Shown here piece by piece: positions 52,567-63,597 of a DNA stretch of 64,000 nucleotides. The stretch is from NCBI GenBank assembly GCA_963847445.1, contig CAWJZV010000007.1:1-64000 (forward strand), written 5' to 3'. A program made the translations under genes and the position numbers. The DNA comes from an uncultured delta proteobacterium (GTDB taxonomy: Bacteria > Desulfobacterota > Binatia > UBA9968). The notes below the pieces were generated by a model. That model worked only from the letters and a program-made list of their open reading frames with translations. It was not told where the DNA came from and made no database searches. The number at the start of each line of letters is the position of its first letter. Position 1 is the first letter of the stretch.

Positions 52567-52643
52567 GGTGAGCCGCAGAGAGTATCGGCGACGAACGGTT
52601 AAAACTCGATAGAAATATTAGCTAACCGGAGCTCACTTATCAG

Positions 52644-52672
52644 TTGACAACATCCGACCCTTTTGGTACTGC
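52644..52672 (+). promoter_or_regulatory. Putative sigma70 promoter of the ABC permease gene
   Basis: TTGACA, a 17-nt spacer, then TACTGC. Confidence 0.45.
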
Positions 52673-52730
52673 TGCCGACACTAAGCGTCGGTAACAAGAA
52701 CTTAATAGAAACCCCACAAAGGAGACCCTT

Positions 52731-53573
52731 ATGGCTCAAGGTGCGCAAGAAGAACAATTAATGGATATACGCGTCGCCGAAGCGTCGTCTGCGTATAAGT
52801 TTTATCTCAATCAGGAAAAAAAGATCCTCGGCGGTACCGCGGTGATTCTCTTCCTGTTGACTTGGGAGACCATCGGCAACTGGGCGGGGCTGATTAACCC
52901 GATGTTCATGAGCGCGCCGTCGCTGGTGGGAAAGGCGGCCTGGCAGATGTTTGCCTCGGGGGAGATTTACAACGATCTCTATGTTAGCGGCATTGAGTTC
53001 TTCTGGGGCTACCTGCTGTCGGTCATTTTTGCGATCCCATTCGGCATCGCCATCGGCTGGTACAAGCGTTTCGCGTACGTTTGCGATCCCTTTGTCAACG
53101 CCATGAATGCCACACCTCGCGTTGCCTTGTTACCACTGGTCATCATCTGGCTCGGCATCGGCATCTTGTCCAAGGTCGGCATCATCTTTTTGGGCGCGGT
53201 GTTTCCGCTGCTGATCAACACCCGTGACGGCGTCAAAACCACTCCGGCCAACTTGCTCACTGCCGCCAGAAGCTTTGGCGCATCGGAATGGCAGATCTTC
53301 AAATCCGTCGTATTGCCGTCCACCGTGCCGTTCATTCTGACCGGCTTACGCCTTGCCGTCGGCCGCGCACTCATCGGTGTCATGGTCGGCGAGCTTTACG
53401 CCGCAACCGCCGGTATCGGCTTTATGATTACGGTCGCCGGCGCGACCTTCCAAACCGATAAGGTGTTCGTCGGCGTCTTGATTTTCGCCATCAGTGGTAT
53501 GACCCTGACCGAAGTCATCGACCGTTACGAGCGTCGGTTCGACAAGTGGCGTCCCAAAGTTGGTGCTGAATAA
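52731..53573 (+). CDS. ABC transporter permease, NitT/TauT (SsuC-like)
   Basis: PRVALLPL, EAA-like loop TAARSFGASEWQIFKSVVLP and GELYAATAGIG. Confidence 0.92.
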   Translation: MAQGAQEEQLMDIRVAEASSAYKFYLNQEKKILGGTAVILFLLTWETIGNWAGLINPMFMSAPSLVGKAAWQMFASGEIYNDLYVSGIEFFWGYLLSVIFAIPFGIAIGWYKRFAYVCDPFVNAMNATPRVALLPLVIIWLGIGILSKVGIIFLGAVFPLLINTRDGVKTTPANLLTAARSFGASEWQIFKSVVLPSTVPFILTGLRLAVGRALIGVMVGELYAATAGIGFMITVAGATFQTDKVFVGVLIFAISGMTLTEVIDRYERRFDKWRPKVGAE

Positions 53574-53601
53574 GCGATCCGACATTAACCCGCTTTAAAT
53601 T

Positions 53602-53638
53602 AAAATGGCGCTTGGCACTACCAAGCGCCATTTTTTTT
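53602..53638 (+). terminator. Rho-independent terminator
   Basis: AAAATGGCGCTTGG, a CACTA loop, CCAAGCGCCA, then T8. Confidence 0.85.
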
Positions 53639-53753
53639 ACTCGACTGGTTTCTGAGATATTAGAGATACCTCACCAACGGCATTGCCTCGCCGCCGTAAT
53701 TTCTATACGATCCCCGCACTTCTACCAGCTCAGTCAAAATCGATGGAGGCCCG

Positions 53754-56461
53754 ATGCGCAGACTCGGCGGCGTGACAATATTAGTATTCGTTCTTGTTGT
53801 AATGTTCTTTCGCCAGGCGATCGGGCTTTATGTCGACTGGCTGTGGTTCCAGGACGTTGGTTACAGCCCGCTCTTTGGAACGATCTTGACTTATAAGTTC
53901 GCACTTGGCGCCGTTGCCGGCACTCTTCTGGCGTTGCTCATTTATGTCAATCTGAAGATCGCCTCCTCGACATCGGGCGGATTTCGCTACTCCAGCGCGG
54001 AAAACATTATCGAGCTGCCGCCACCGGAGCTGATCGATCCAATTCTCAAGCGGCTGCTTCTCCCCGGCGCCCTGCTGGTCGGCCTGATGGCTGCACCCCA
54101 AGGGGCGGCCCATTGGGAACAATTCTCGCTGTTTGTCAATTCGGTATCGTTCAATTTGCAAGATCCCCAGTTCGGCCGCGATGTTGGTTTTTATGTGTTT
54201 GTTTTGCCCTGGCTGCGCATTGTCTATCACTGGGCGATTTTCGCCATCGGTGTCACCGCCGTTGCCAGCGCCGCTGTCTACCTGGTCTATCGTGGCATTG
54301 AGTACACTGCACGCGGCCTTTTTCTCGGCGAACGCGCGCGCAGCCATCTGCTGATCCTGTTGGGCGTGTTTCTGTTGATCAAAGCCTGCGGCTACTATCT
54401 CGAGGCTTTCGATCTGTTGCATTCGCCGCGCGGCGTTTCCTTCGGCGCGAGCTATGCAGACATCTATGGCACTCTCCCGGCGCTCCGCGTGCTGACGTTT
54501 CTGGCGCTCATTGCCGCGGCGCTCTGCTTTGCGCAGATCGCCCGCACCGGTTATAAGTTCGTCTTCCTCGGCGTCGGCGCCTTGGTGGCGGTCCACTTAT
54601 TGGGTCTCAATGCCTATCCGGCGCTGCTGCAGCGCTTCCGTGTCACGCCCAATGAAATCGAGGCGGAACGTTCGTTTATCGAGCGCACCATCAAATTCAC
54701 CCGGCTCGCCTTCGGCCTGGATAAAATTGAAACCAAGGAGTTTCCCGCTGAGGAGCAGTTAACCGCCGCCGACCTGAAGCGCAATGAATCGACCATCAAT
54801 AATATCCGCCTCTGGGATCATCGGCCGCTCCTGACCAGCTACGCCCAGCTCCAGGAGATCCGGCCTTATTACAAGTTCATCGATGTCGACAATGACCGCT
54901 ATATCATCGACGGCACCTACCGCCAGGTGATGTTGTCCGCCCGCGAGCTGTCACATCGCCATTTGCAAAGTCAAAACTGGATCAACGAGCATCTGACATT
55001 CACCCATGGCCATGGCGTGGTCTTTGGACCGGTGAATCAGGTGACCTCCAGTGGTCAGCCCGAGTTTTTCATCAAAGATATTCCGCCGCTGACGACCACT
55101 TCGCTGCAAGATCACCCGCCCCGAGATCTACTACGGCGAGCTCGCCAATGAATATGTTTTAGTGCGGACCAAGTCGCAGGAATTGGACTATCCTGCCGGC
55201 GATCAGAATATTTACACGACCTATCAAGGCAAGGGCGGCGTGCCGATCGGCAGCTTCTGGCGCAAGTTGGTTTTCGCGGCGCACCACGCGTCGATGCGAA
55301 TCTTGTTATCGCAGGATCTCACCAGCGAAAGCCGGATACTTTTCCATCAGAAGATTCAGGAGCGGGTAAAGAAAATCGCGCCGTTTATTACCTTCGACCC
55401 TGACGCCTATATCGTCATCGCCCAAGGCGGCAGGTTATTCTGGATCATTGACGGCTATACCAATTCGGCCCGTTTTCCCTATTCCGCACCGCTGAGCCGG
55501 CAAGGGATGAATTATATTCGCAACTCGGTCAAGGCGGTGGTCGACGCTTACAACGGCACGGTGGAATTTTATCTGAGCGATCCAGCGGATCCGATCATTC
55601 AGTCCTTCGCCAAGATCTTTCCGCAAGTGTTTAAACCCCTCGAAACCATGCCCGAGGATCTGCGCGCCCATGTGCGTTATCCCCAGGATCTCTTCACGAT
55701 CCAGGCCCATGTCTACGCCACCTACCATATGCAGGACCCTCAGGTGTTTTTTAACAAGGAGGATCTCCTGAGCATCCCGCGGCGCACCATGGAGGGCCGC
55801 GAGCGCGAAATGGAGCCCTACTACACGATCATGCGCCTGCCGGGGGAGGAGAAGGAAGAATTCATCCTGCTCTTACCGTTCACGCCGAATAAACGCGACA
55901 ACATGCGCTCCTGGCTGGCGGCGCGCAGCGATGGCAAAAATTACGGCAAGTTAACCGCGCTGGAATTTCCCAAAGCGAAATTGGTCTATGGCCCCAAACA
56001 GATCGATGCGCGCATCGACCAAGATACCATCATCTCCCAACAACTGACGCTGTGGAGCCAGCGCGGCTCGCAGGTGCTCCGCGGCAGCCTTGCTCGCCAT
56101 CCCCATCGAAAAGTCGTTGCTCTACGTGCAGCCGCTCTATCTGGCCGCGGAGCAAGGCTCATTGCCGGAATTGAAGCGGGTGATTGGTCGCCTTCGGCAA
56201 CCGCATCGCCATGGAAGAAACGCTCGACCAAGCCCTGCAGCGCATCTTTGGCGCCAAGCCGGCGGCGGACGCCAGCGCACCAGCCCGCCAGTGCCGCGGC
56301 AGTGGCCACGCCCGTCAAAGGCGATCACATCGTTGGCCCGCCAGGCGTTGGATCATTTCCAGCGCTCCCAGGAACTACTCAAGCAAGGCAACTGGGCCGG
56401 CTACGGCGAAGAGCTGAAAAAAGTCGAGGACCTGCTCAAGGAAATGCAAAAGAGCCGTTAG
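53754..56461 (+). CDS. UPF0182 family membrane protein, frameshifts at about 55115 and 56090-56330
   Basis: DWLWFQDVGY, DPQFGRDVGFY, NIRLWD, NYIRNSVKAVVDAYNG and GNWAGYGEE. Confidence 0.92.
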
Positions 56462-58491
56462 AACGCGGCAACATGCGAGCAACGACCAGCGCAGCGTTCA
56501 CCGATTGTGCGGATTAGCATGATAGCGGCCACTGACGAGCAGTCTTCGGCGCTGCGCAGGATCGCTAAGCCGTCGTCGGATTCGCTGCTGCCTGCGTCGG
56601 CGCTCATCGCTATCTCTGCCCATGGCTTGCCATGGCCAGCGCGCTCATACGCCAGCCGGTCGCCGGATTCGCGCAGGACAATCAGCTCTCGGTCCGTGAC
56701 GATGCCGTAGCGCTTCTTGTTGTAAATCACCATGGCGACTGGATCTTCGGCTTGCGGCTTGAGCACATCGCGGCCGAAAAATGCGCTGCGATATGCGCCG
56801 CCGACGATGCCCATGATGGTCGGCGGTAAATCCATCTGACTGGTTACGCGGCAATACGCGCCGGCAGCGACATGTTTCGGCGCGAGGAACAGCGCCGGGA
56901 CGATGTACTCGTCGATGGGAATAAGTTCGTTGCCGCGCAAGTGCACGCCGTGATCGCCGACAAAGACAAATAACGTATCGTCGAAGTACGGCGCCTGGCG
57001 CGCCGCGCGAATGAATTGACCGATGCAGTAGTCGGCGTAGAGAAAGTTATTGAGCTCATTGAGCTCAAAGCCGGGCGGCAGCTTGGTATCGGCGGCCAGT
57101 GGGTTGATTTTCCCCGCCGGGAATTGCCAGGGCGAGTGCAGCGATACTGTCAGTAGGGTGGCAAAAAACGGTTGGCGCGCTTCGTGGTAGCGACGAAATT
57201 CGCTATCGGCTCGGGCAAATAAATCTTCATCCGACACACCCCAGGGACTTTTGTAGAGCGGCGCAGAGAAATCTTTTTCTTCGATGAAACGGTCAAAGCC
57301 GTTACCGAGAAAGAATGCCAGCATGTGATCGAAAATCCCCTGGCCGCCGTAGAGAAAACTCGTCGCATAACCGCGCCCACGCAGCACACTCGCCAAGGTA
57401 AAAAAGTTTTGCCGTGCCTGCGGCCGCTTGACCACCCCTTCGCCAGGAAGCGGCGGGAACGAACAGACCGCGGCTTCCAGTCCTTGGATGGTTCGCTCTC
57501 CAGTGGCGTAGCAGCGTTCCAGCAATAAGCCCTCTCGCGCAAGCTTGTCGAGTTCCGGCGAAAGCGCCGGCACTCCGCCAAGACATCCGGTCAACCGTCC
57601 GGTAAAACTCTCCATCACGACTAACACCACGTTGAGCGGCGCGTCCTTCGCCGCATTGGTAATTCGCCGCACCAGAGGATTAGGCCCATCGTCGGCGAAT
57701 TGACCGTCCTGGGCTAAAACTCTGCGCGAACGCGCTATCGCTTCATCGGCCGCTGGCAGTTGGGTCACGCTCTTGAGCGTGGCAAATTCATTTTTAGCGC
57801 GCTGACTCCATTCGTAGAGCAGATTGAAAATCCCGCAACAGGCGATCTCGTTGGCGATCCGATTGGTCGTAAACGACGCCAGACTCGGATTGAGCGGCCG
57901 GTGGTCGAAGGTGCCGCGGCTGGCGAAACCGACGAATAGCAGCCAGAACAATGTCATTGCGCGATCCGACAACCACAGGTAATCGCTTCTGACTGGGTTG
58001 CCCGGCGCCAGTGGAGCGATAAACTGCACCGCAATCACGGCCAACCAAGCGCCGATCACGCTTAGCAAGAAAATGCGAACGAGCGGATAGGCTTTGGCGA
58101 CGGTCTTGAGCACCTCGCGATCGGCGCCATGTTCGAATACCAGATAGTTGGGCCGGAAATCATAGAAGCGAAAGAAGAAAATACCGGCGATCTCGGCAAA
58201 AAATATCGTGAAGTAAAGAACGCTGAGGTAGAGCCCAAAGAAAAACTGACTTGAAATGAGGAAATCACCAGGCAACGTCAGCGCGGCAACCACCAGCGGC
58301 AGGCAGCCTCGGCTGACGATCACGGCGTCCAAACGGAAACCGATCCAAAATAGTTTTAACTTTTGCCGGCCGGTCAGCTCTTTCACGTCGGCGCGCCGTT
58401 CCCAATAGAGCCACAGGCGAAACCCCGTCAAAATGAGCGCGGCAACAAGGCAAATGGCGACGGCTAACGTCGTGCGCGGCAGTTCAAACAT
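56458..58491 (-). CDS. LTA synthase (LtaS/MdoB-like) family membrane phosphotransferase, alkaline-phosphatase fold
   Basis: About 5 N-terminal TM segments, NVVLVVMESF, GERTIQG (candidate Thr nucleophile), WGVSD, SLHSPW, YAD and GDHG. The 3' end may be frameshifted. Confidence 0.9.
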   Translation of the reverse strand: MFELPRTTLAVAICLVAALILTGFRLWLYWERRADVKELTGRQKLKLFWIGFRLDAVIVSRGCLPLVVAALTLPGDFLISSQFFFGLYLSVLYFTIFFAEIAGIFFFRFYDFRPNYLVFEHGADREVLKTVAKAYPLVRIFLLSVIGAWLAVIAVQFIAPLAPGNPVRSDYLWLSDRAMTLFWLLFVGFASRGTFDHRPLNPSLASFTTNRIANEIACCGIFNLLYEWSQRAKNEFATLKSVTQLPAADEAIARSRRVLAQDGQFADDGPNPLVRRITNAAKDAPLNVVLVVMESFTGRLTGCLGGVPALSPELDKLAREGLLLERCYATGERTIQGLEAAVCSFPPLPGEGVVKRPQARQNFFTLASVLRGRGYATSFLYGGQGIFDHMLAFFLGNGFDRFIEEKDFSAPLYKSPWGVSDEDLFARADSEFRRYHEARQPFFATLLTVSLHSPWQFPAGKINPLAADTKLPPGFELNELNNFLYADYCIGQFIRAARQAPYFDDTLFVFVGDHGVHLRGNELIPIDEYIVPALFLAPKHVAAGAYCRVTSQMDLPPTIMGIVGGAYRSAFFGRDVLKPQAEDPVAMVIYNKKRYGIVTDRELIVLRESGDRLAYERAGHGKPWAEIAMSADAGSSESDDGLAILRSAEDCSSVAAIMLIRTIGERCAGRCSHVAAF

Positions 58492-58515
58492 TGGCTGGTG
58501 CGGGCTCCGAGCTAA

Positions 58516-59916
58516 TTACAGTCCAAACAGCGAGAAAAACAATCGCGCCCGCTCGGCGATCGTAGAGAGGCGCGATGACATTCCAAAAATTGATGACGGC
58601 GAAAAATGTCCAGACGCAGGCGATGCGGCGCAGAATGCATAACTGACTCGCTGGGTCCGATTATGCGCCGCTGGCGGCCGGCTGCGTTGGCGCTGCTGGC
58701 GCAGCATGGAGATCGCGATGCCGGCGGTAAGCAACGCGCAATAGATCAATCGCGCACCGAGCAGCGACCAGAGTCCATTCCAGTCGCCGACAACCAACTG
58801 CTCTTTGTGCTGCAACAGGTGATAGTACATGTTGCCGACGAAGGCCGCGGCAAAAATCGCGGCGACTAGCCGCAACATCGGCAAGTTATGAAAGTAGCGC
58901 GCGTAGGTCGGCAGAAAGAAGCACTCCATCATCAACTCTTTGAAATAGTAATAATAGCGGTTCCAGAACTCTACGACAGTTTGCGCCAGCAGCGGCTTGT
59001 AGGTATTGCGAAAAATATTGAAGCCAAACAGCCGGATCACGCCGACCCAGACATGCCCCTTGGCCGCCAGCGAAAGCGTCTCCCAGACCAGCTCCAGATA
59101 AAGGCTGAGCCATATTTGCACCAGCGGGAACGCCATTTGCCGGCCGAGGATTTGCTTCACCCGCGGCAAACCGAAAGTGTAATCATGAAACAGCGCGCTA
59201 AAAGGACTTTTCGGATCGCCGTATATCAGAGCCGCGATCAGTTCCAAAACTAGCTTCCAGAGTGCCACCAGGAACAAGAGTTTAAAGCCACCGAGTATGG
59301 TCCGCGCATAGCTGTCCGGCGTTTGCGCCACGGCGCGCGACAAATAATCATGGCCCTTTCCAGGCGGCGTATTAGTGCCATCCCAAATGGGCCAAATATA
59401 AAATAAGTGATCGCGAAACCGGCTGTTTTGCGCCTTGCCGCGCTGACCCGACAAAAGCATATAGCCCGCACGCCAGATCAAGTAGGGAAACGACAACAAA
59501 ATTACCGATAGAACCGCGACGACAAATCCATCACTGGGCAGGAAAAACCACAGCAACGCCAGCAGCAGCCAGAAAATTAAATGAAAACAGATCTGCGGCC
59601 GGCGGCGCACCATCGGCGGCAACTGCTTGAAACGAACCGTGGCGCGGTAAAGTACGAAAAGAAGTCCAAGCAGGATAAGAAACGCCAGGCCATGCTCCAA
59701 CCACGGCGTCAGTGCGCGATAATCGCGCCACTTCGCGTTGCGGCTGAAGACCCCAACCGCCCCGGCGATTATCGCGCCGTAAAAAAGCACCGACTTGCGC
59801 CGTTCCGGCGTCAGCCAAATCACCCAGGGTTGGCCGCTCAGCCAGGCGATCAACCGGTCGTTTTCATGGAACTGCGAAACACTTCGGTAAGCCTTACTCA
59901 GGGTGATGAGATTCAT
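58516..59916 (-). CDS. Divergent MBOAT-like membrane acyltransferase
   Basis: Polytopic membrane protein. LFGFNIFRNTYKPLLAQTVVEFWNRY resembles the MBOAT G...NF..P.....EFW.RW motif. Candidate catalytic His in GNMYYH. Confidence 0.7.
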   Translation of the reverse strand: MNLITLSKAYRSVSQFHENDRLIAWLSGQPWVIWLTPERRKSVLFYGAIIAGAVGVFSRNAKWRDYRALTPWLEHGLAFLILLGLLFVLYRATVRFKQLPPMVRRRPQICFHLIFWLLLALLWFFLPSDGFVVAVLSVILLSFPYLIWRAGYMLLSGQRGKAQNSRFRDHLFYIWPIWDGTNTPPGKGHDYLSRAVAQTPDSYARTILGGFKLLFLVALWKLVLELIAALIYGDPKSPFSALFHDYTFGLPRVKQILGRQMAFPLVQIWLSLYLELVWETLSLAAKGHVWVGVIRLFGFNIFRNTYKPLLAQTVVEFWNRYYYYFKELMMECFFLPTYARYFHNLPMLRLVAAIFAAAFVGNMYYHLLQHKEQLVVGDWNGLWSLLGARLIYCALLTAGIAISMLRQQRQRSRPPAAHNRTQRVSYAFCAASPASGHFSPSSIFGMSSRLSTIAERARLFFSLFGL

Positions 59917-60173
59917 GACGCCGCTTCGCGGGCAATTAAATCGAGGATGGAATTGACCGAGCGCAAATCCTCCGGGTCGATGCCGCGCTCGCTGAAGTCG
60001 ATGCCATGGACCTGCTCTAAGTAGGTGACGATCTGCAGCAACGCCAACGAATCGATCAAACCAGACTCGACCAAGCCGGACTCTTCGTCAATGGCCGCGT
60101 GCGAGTAATCTGGTCTTTGGATCGTCCGTAAAAAGTCGATCAGCTCCTGTCGGCTTCGTTCGCGGTCCGTCAT
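59913..60173 (-). CDS. Acyl/aminoacyl carrier protein (DltC-like)
   Basis: 86-aa acidic protein with the LVESGLIDSLA phosphopantetheine Ser motif. Its stop overlaps the MBOAT start (ATGA). Confidence 0.9.
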   Translation of the reverse strand: MTDRERSRQELIDFLRTIQRPDYSHAAIDEESGLVESGLIDSLALLQIVTYLEQVHGIDFSERGIDPEDLRSVNSILDLIAREAAS

Positions 60174-60224
60174 CGTAAACTTCCAAGTATTAGTTTTGTT
60201 AAAACAGCGGCGTCGCTGCCGGCG

Positions 60225-61760
60225 TCACGACCCTCGCCGTAACAGTCCGACCAAGTCCACAGGTTTCAATGTCGCACACAGTTCCTGCACCCTCGCACGG
60301 CTCACCTTGCCGCGCGAGTTTTGCGGCAGCTCGTCGACGACATACCAGCGCTGGGGGATTTTAAATTCCGCCAAATGCTCTTTGAGCCAGCCATGGAGCT
60401 GGCGCAGCGTCGCGTCATCCTGACGGCTCAATACCACCGCCATGGCGACATTCTGACCGTAGGCCGGATCGGCGATGGCAAAAGTACATACCGCAGTGGC
60501 GGGCTCGAACCGTTCGACCACCGCGTCGACATCGGCGGGATAGACTTTGGCGCCGCCTTTATTGATTTCGTCCCGCTCGCGCCCCTTGAGATAGAATCTG
60601 CCGCGATCGTCGATGAGCCCCATGTCCCCGGTGACGAACCAGCCGCCCGAAATCACCTGATCGGTGAGTTCGGGCTGGCCGTAATAGCCTTGCATCAGCG
60701 CCGGCGTGTTGATCCAGACATAGCCCGTCTCAGCGACTTTGCACTCGGCGCCGGCGGCAAACGGAGTCTGCGGTTCGGCGTTTTTGAGAATCTTGATCAC
60801 CGCACCCCAAGGCACACCGACTAGGCCATCTTCCGGTTCGAAGTCTTCAATGCTTGTGCCGGCCACCCAACTGCCGGTTTCAGTAATGCCGTAGGCGTTA
60901 TACACCGCGCGAATTCCCGACCATTGTTGAATCTGACCCCATAGGTGCGCTGACAAGGGCGCCGAGCCGCAATGAATACGCTGGAGGGTTTTGCCCTGCG
61001 GCGGCTTACTGCCCTTCAAGCTCAACCCCCACATGGATGGCACGGAGGAGAGAAACGTAATCTTCTGCTCATCGACGATCGGGCCAAGGCGCATTAACAA
61101 ATAAGGGCTGAATGGCGGCGCGATGATCAAATCCTGGCCGAAGAGCCAGGGAAATAAACTGTTGCAGATCAAGCCATGACCGAAATGGGTCGGCAACAAG
61201 CATAGCGTGCGGCGAAAGCAATCAATACCGAGACTCTGGCGCAAAGATAGCCAACGCGCGCGCAATGAGCGATGGGTGTGAACCACGCCTTTGGGCACTC
61301 CGGTGGTGCCGGAGGTAAACAGAATCAAGGCTTCATCGTCGAGACGCGCGGCGCAAAATGCCCTGGCCGACGGTACCGATGGTACCGCGTCCGCCGCCAA
61401 GTCGCTGGAGCCGAGCAGCTCAACTCCAAGCGCAACCAGCACGTCACCAAGAGCCGTGGGCACCGTCGCATCGGTGAGCGCGATCTTTGGCGTCACCGTC
61501 CGCGCTAGGTTTTCGACTTCAAAGGGCGTCAACCGGTTGTCCACCGGCACAACGCTCGCGCCGACATTCCACGCGGCCAGCAGGTCGACAAAGAATTCGA
61601 GATTATTGCCGTAAAGTATGAACAGGCGATCGCCACGCTGTAACCCATGGGCGCGCAGCCCGGCGGCGCCGGCCGCCACGCGCATGGCGATCTCCCGGCT
61701 GCTCCAGCTGCGGCCCGACTCCAGCTCGCTCAGAGCACCGCATGTCAAATCGGCAAACAT
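60225..61760 (-). CDS. Class I adenylate-forming enzyme (acyl-AMP/ACP ligase)
   Basis: LFTSGTTGVPKGV, YGITET, TGDMG, KGR, INKGG and PQNSRGKV. Confidence 0.92.
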   Translation of the reverse strand: MFADLTCGALSELESGRSWSSREIAMRVAAGAAGLRAHGLQRGDRLFILYGNNLEFFVDLLAAWNVGASVVPVDNRLTPFEVENLARTVTPKIALTDATVPTALGDVLVALGVELLGSSDLAADAVPSVPSARAFCAARLDDEALILFTSGTTGVPKGVVHTHRSLRARWLSLRQSLGIDCFRRTLCLLPTHFGHGLICNSLFPWLFGQDLIIAPPFSPYLLMRLGPIVDEQKITFLSSVPSMWGLSLKGSKPPQGKTLQRIHCGSAPLSAHLWGQIQQWSGIRAVYNAYGITETGSWVAGTSIEDFEPEDGLVGVPWGAVIKILKNAEPQTPFAAGAECKVAETGYVWINTPALMQGYYGQPELTDQVISGGWFVTGDMGLIDDRGRFYLKGRERDEINKGGAKVYPADVDAVVERFEPATAVCTFAIADPAYGQNVAMAVVLSRQDDATLRQLHGWLKEHLAEFKIPQRWYVVDELPQNSRGKVSRARVQELCATLKPVDLVGLLRRGS

Positions 61761-61899
61761 GAAGAATAAATATTTCTGAATACTAAACTATTTAGTAGCA
61801 ACCCCGTCCAAACCAAGCAAGGCGAATCGCTCCGATAATGGCATGCTCGGCGCAATGCGGCTCTCGTCTTTGCAATCAATAGTTGCTATAAAGCGCCGG

Positions 61900-62632
61900 A
61901 TGATGGATCAGCGCCGCCGGCTCGTCATACGCGGGGCCATCTTCATCGGCCTCATGTTGCTGCTGTTTTTTTTCAGCCGCTACATTCCGCGGCCGTTTAG
62001 CGCCTTCGCGCCTCCCGGCGCCGAGCTCGACGATTTCGAAGGCATCTATTCCAGCAGCGATAAGCTCGGCAAGTTTCTCCAACAGCTTGGGCCCCTATTC
62101 GCCGGCGGTCTTCGTGGTGTTTCAGATTCTCCAAGTGATCGCCGCGCCCTTTCCCGGCGAGCTTACCGGCGTCGCCGGCGGTTTTGTCTACGGCGAGACC
62201 ATCGGATTTATTCTCTCCACCCTCGGCCTGTCCATCGGCTCTTGGGTGGCCTTTGAGCTCGCGAGTATCCTCGGCCGGCCCTTCGTCGAACGCTTCGTCA
62301 AGCGCGAGGTCTTGGAAAAATTCAATTTCCTCACCACCAAGACCGGCGTGGCGATCTGTTTCGTGCTGTTTCTGTTTCCCGGCTTTCCCAAAGATTACCT
62401 TTGCTACGTGCTCGGCTTGAGCCGTATGAGCGTCACTACCTTCCTATTGGTATCCGTCATCGGCCGCATACCCGGCACGTATCTTCTCACCATGCAGGGC
62501 GCAACGATTCGCAATCAGGAGTATCGCACTTTCGCGATCTTTATGGCGGTCACCTTGCTCGCCCTCGTGGTCGGTTATATCTATCGCAATCAAATCTTCG
62601 CTTGGATCAAGCACCGCCACGATCATGACTAG
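61900..62632 (+). CDS. TVP38/TMEM64 (VTT/DedA superfamily) membrane protein, frameshift near 62090
   Basis: LQVIAAPFPGE, GFVYG, GRPFV, FPGFPKDYLCY and GRIPG. Confidence 0.88.
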
Positions 62633-62679
62633 AGACCGGCTAGTCATGGCGCTCGCACTTCGCGCTGAATAGCGAATGC

Positions 62680-63507
62680 TTACAGCCCCGAGCCGCGCGT
62701 GAGGTAATAGAAGATCGGCGCAACGACAATGCGGTACCAGGCGAACGGCGCAAGTTTGCCGTGGCTTAGGTAGCTGACAAATCCTTTGATCGCCAGTAAC
62801 GCCACGGCGAATGAAACCACCAAGCCGATCATCAGGGTGACGGCATCGTCGAGTACAAATTGGTCGCGCATTTTGAGCAGCTCGTAGCCGGACGCCGCGC
62901 ACAATACCGGGACTGCGATCAAAAACGAGAATTCCGCCGCCGCCTTGCGCTCGAGTCCGAGTATCATACCGCCGACGATGGTCGCCGCCGCTCGTGATGT
63001 GCCGGGCCAGAGCGCCAAGATTTGAAATAACCCGACGCCCAACGCCTGCACCACCGTCACCGCGTCCAAAGCGTTGGCACGGCGGCGCGCGGCGAACCGC
63101 TCGACGAGTAGAATCGCCACACCACCCACCGCCAACGCCAGCGGTGACGGCTTCCGGATTGAAAAGTTTTTCCTTGATCCCATGGCGCGCCAGGTAGCCG
63201 ATCGCCAACGCCGGCAGCGTCGCCAGAGCGATACGCCAGAGACCCGGCCAACCATTTAAGCTCGATGCAGCCGTCGCTGTGAATTGCCTCGTACCAGGCA
63301 CCAATCCCACAAATCGCCGCCAGTAGAGCCAAATCACGGATAGGATCGCACCCAACTGAATCGCCACTTCGAAGCTCGCGGCCTTGTCGCCGACGAAGCC
63401 GAGCAAATGATCCGACGATGATCAGATGGCCGGTGGAGGACACGGGTAAGAACTCGGTGAGGCCCTCGACGACCCCCAACACGGCGGCGATGACGAAAAC
63501 TATTCAT
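62680..63507 (-). CDS. uppP: Undecaprenyl-diphosphate phosphatase, frameshifted
   Basis: [43 protein letters not shown] and FAWYR, across three frames. Confidence 0.95.
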
Positions 63508-63597
63508 GCAGTTCCTTCCGATTGAAAGTCATGCTGCGTCGCCGCCGGTACCGCCCGATCGGCGCGCGCCAGAGCGCAAAGATTCAGCGAATTAGCG

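Noticed and set aside
58516-61760. Canonical dltABCD operon
   Set aside because: There is no dltD, the ligase lacks the amino-acid-binding Asp motif, and the MBOAT motifs diverge from DltB.
1491-63507. About 20 frameshifted genes read as mass pseudogenisation or programmed frameshifting
   Set aside because: The breaks are single-base indels, often at short homopolymers. They hit core genes (nuoE, nuoH, nuoM, uppP) whose motifs are otherwise intact. Long-read consensus error is the simplest explanation.
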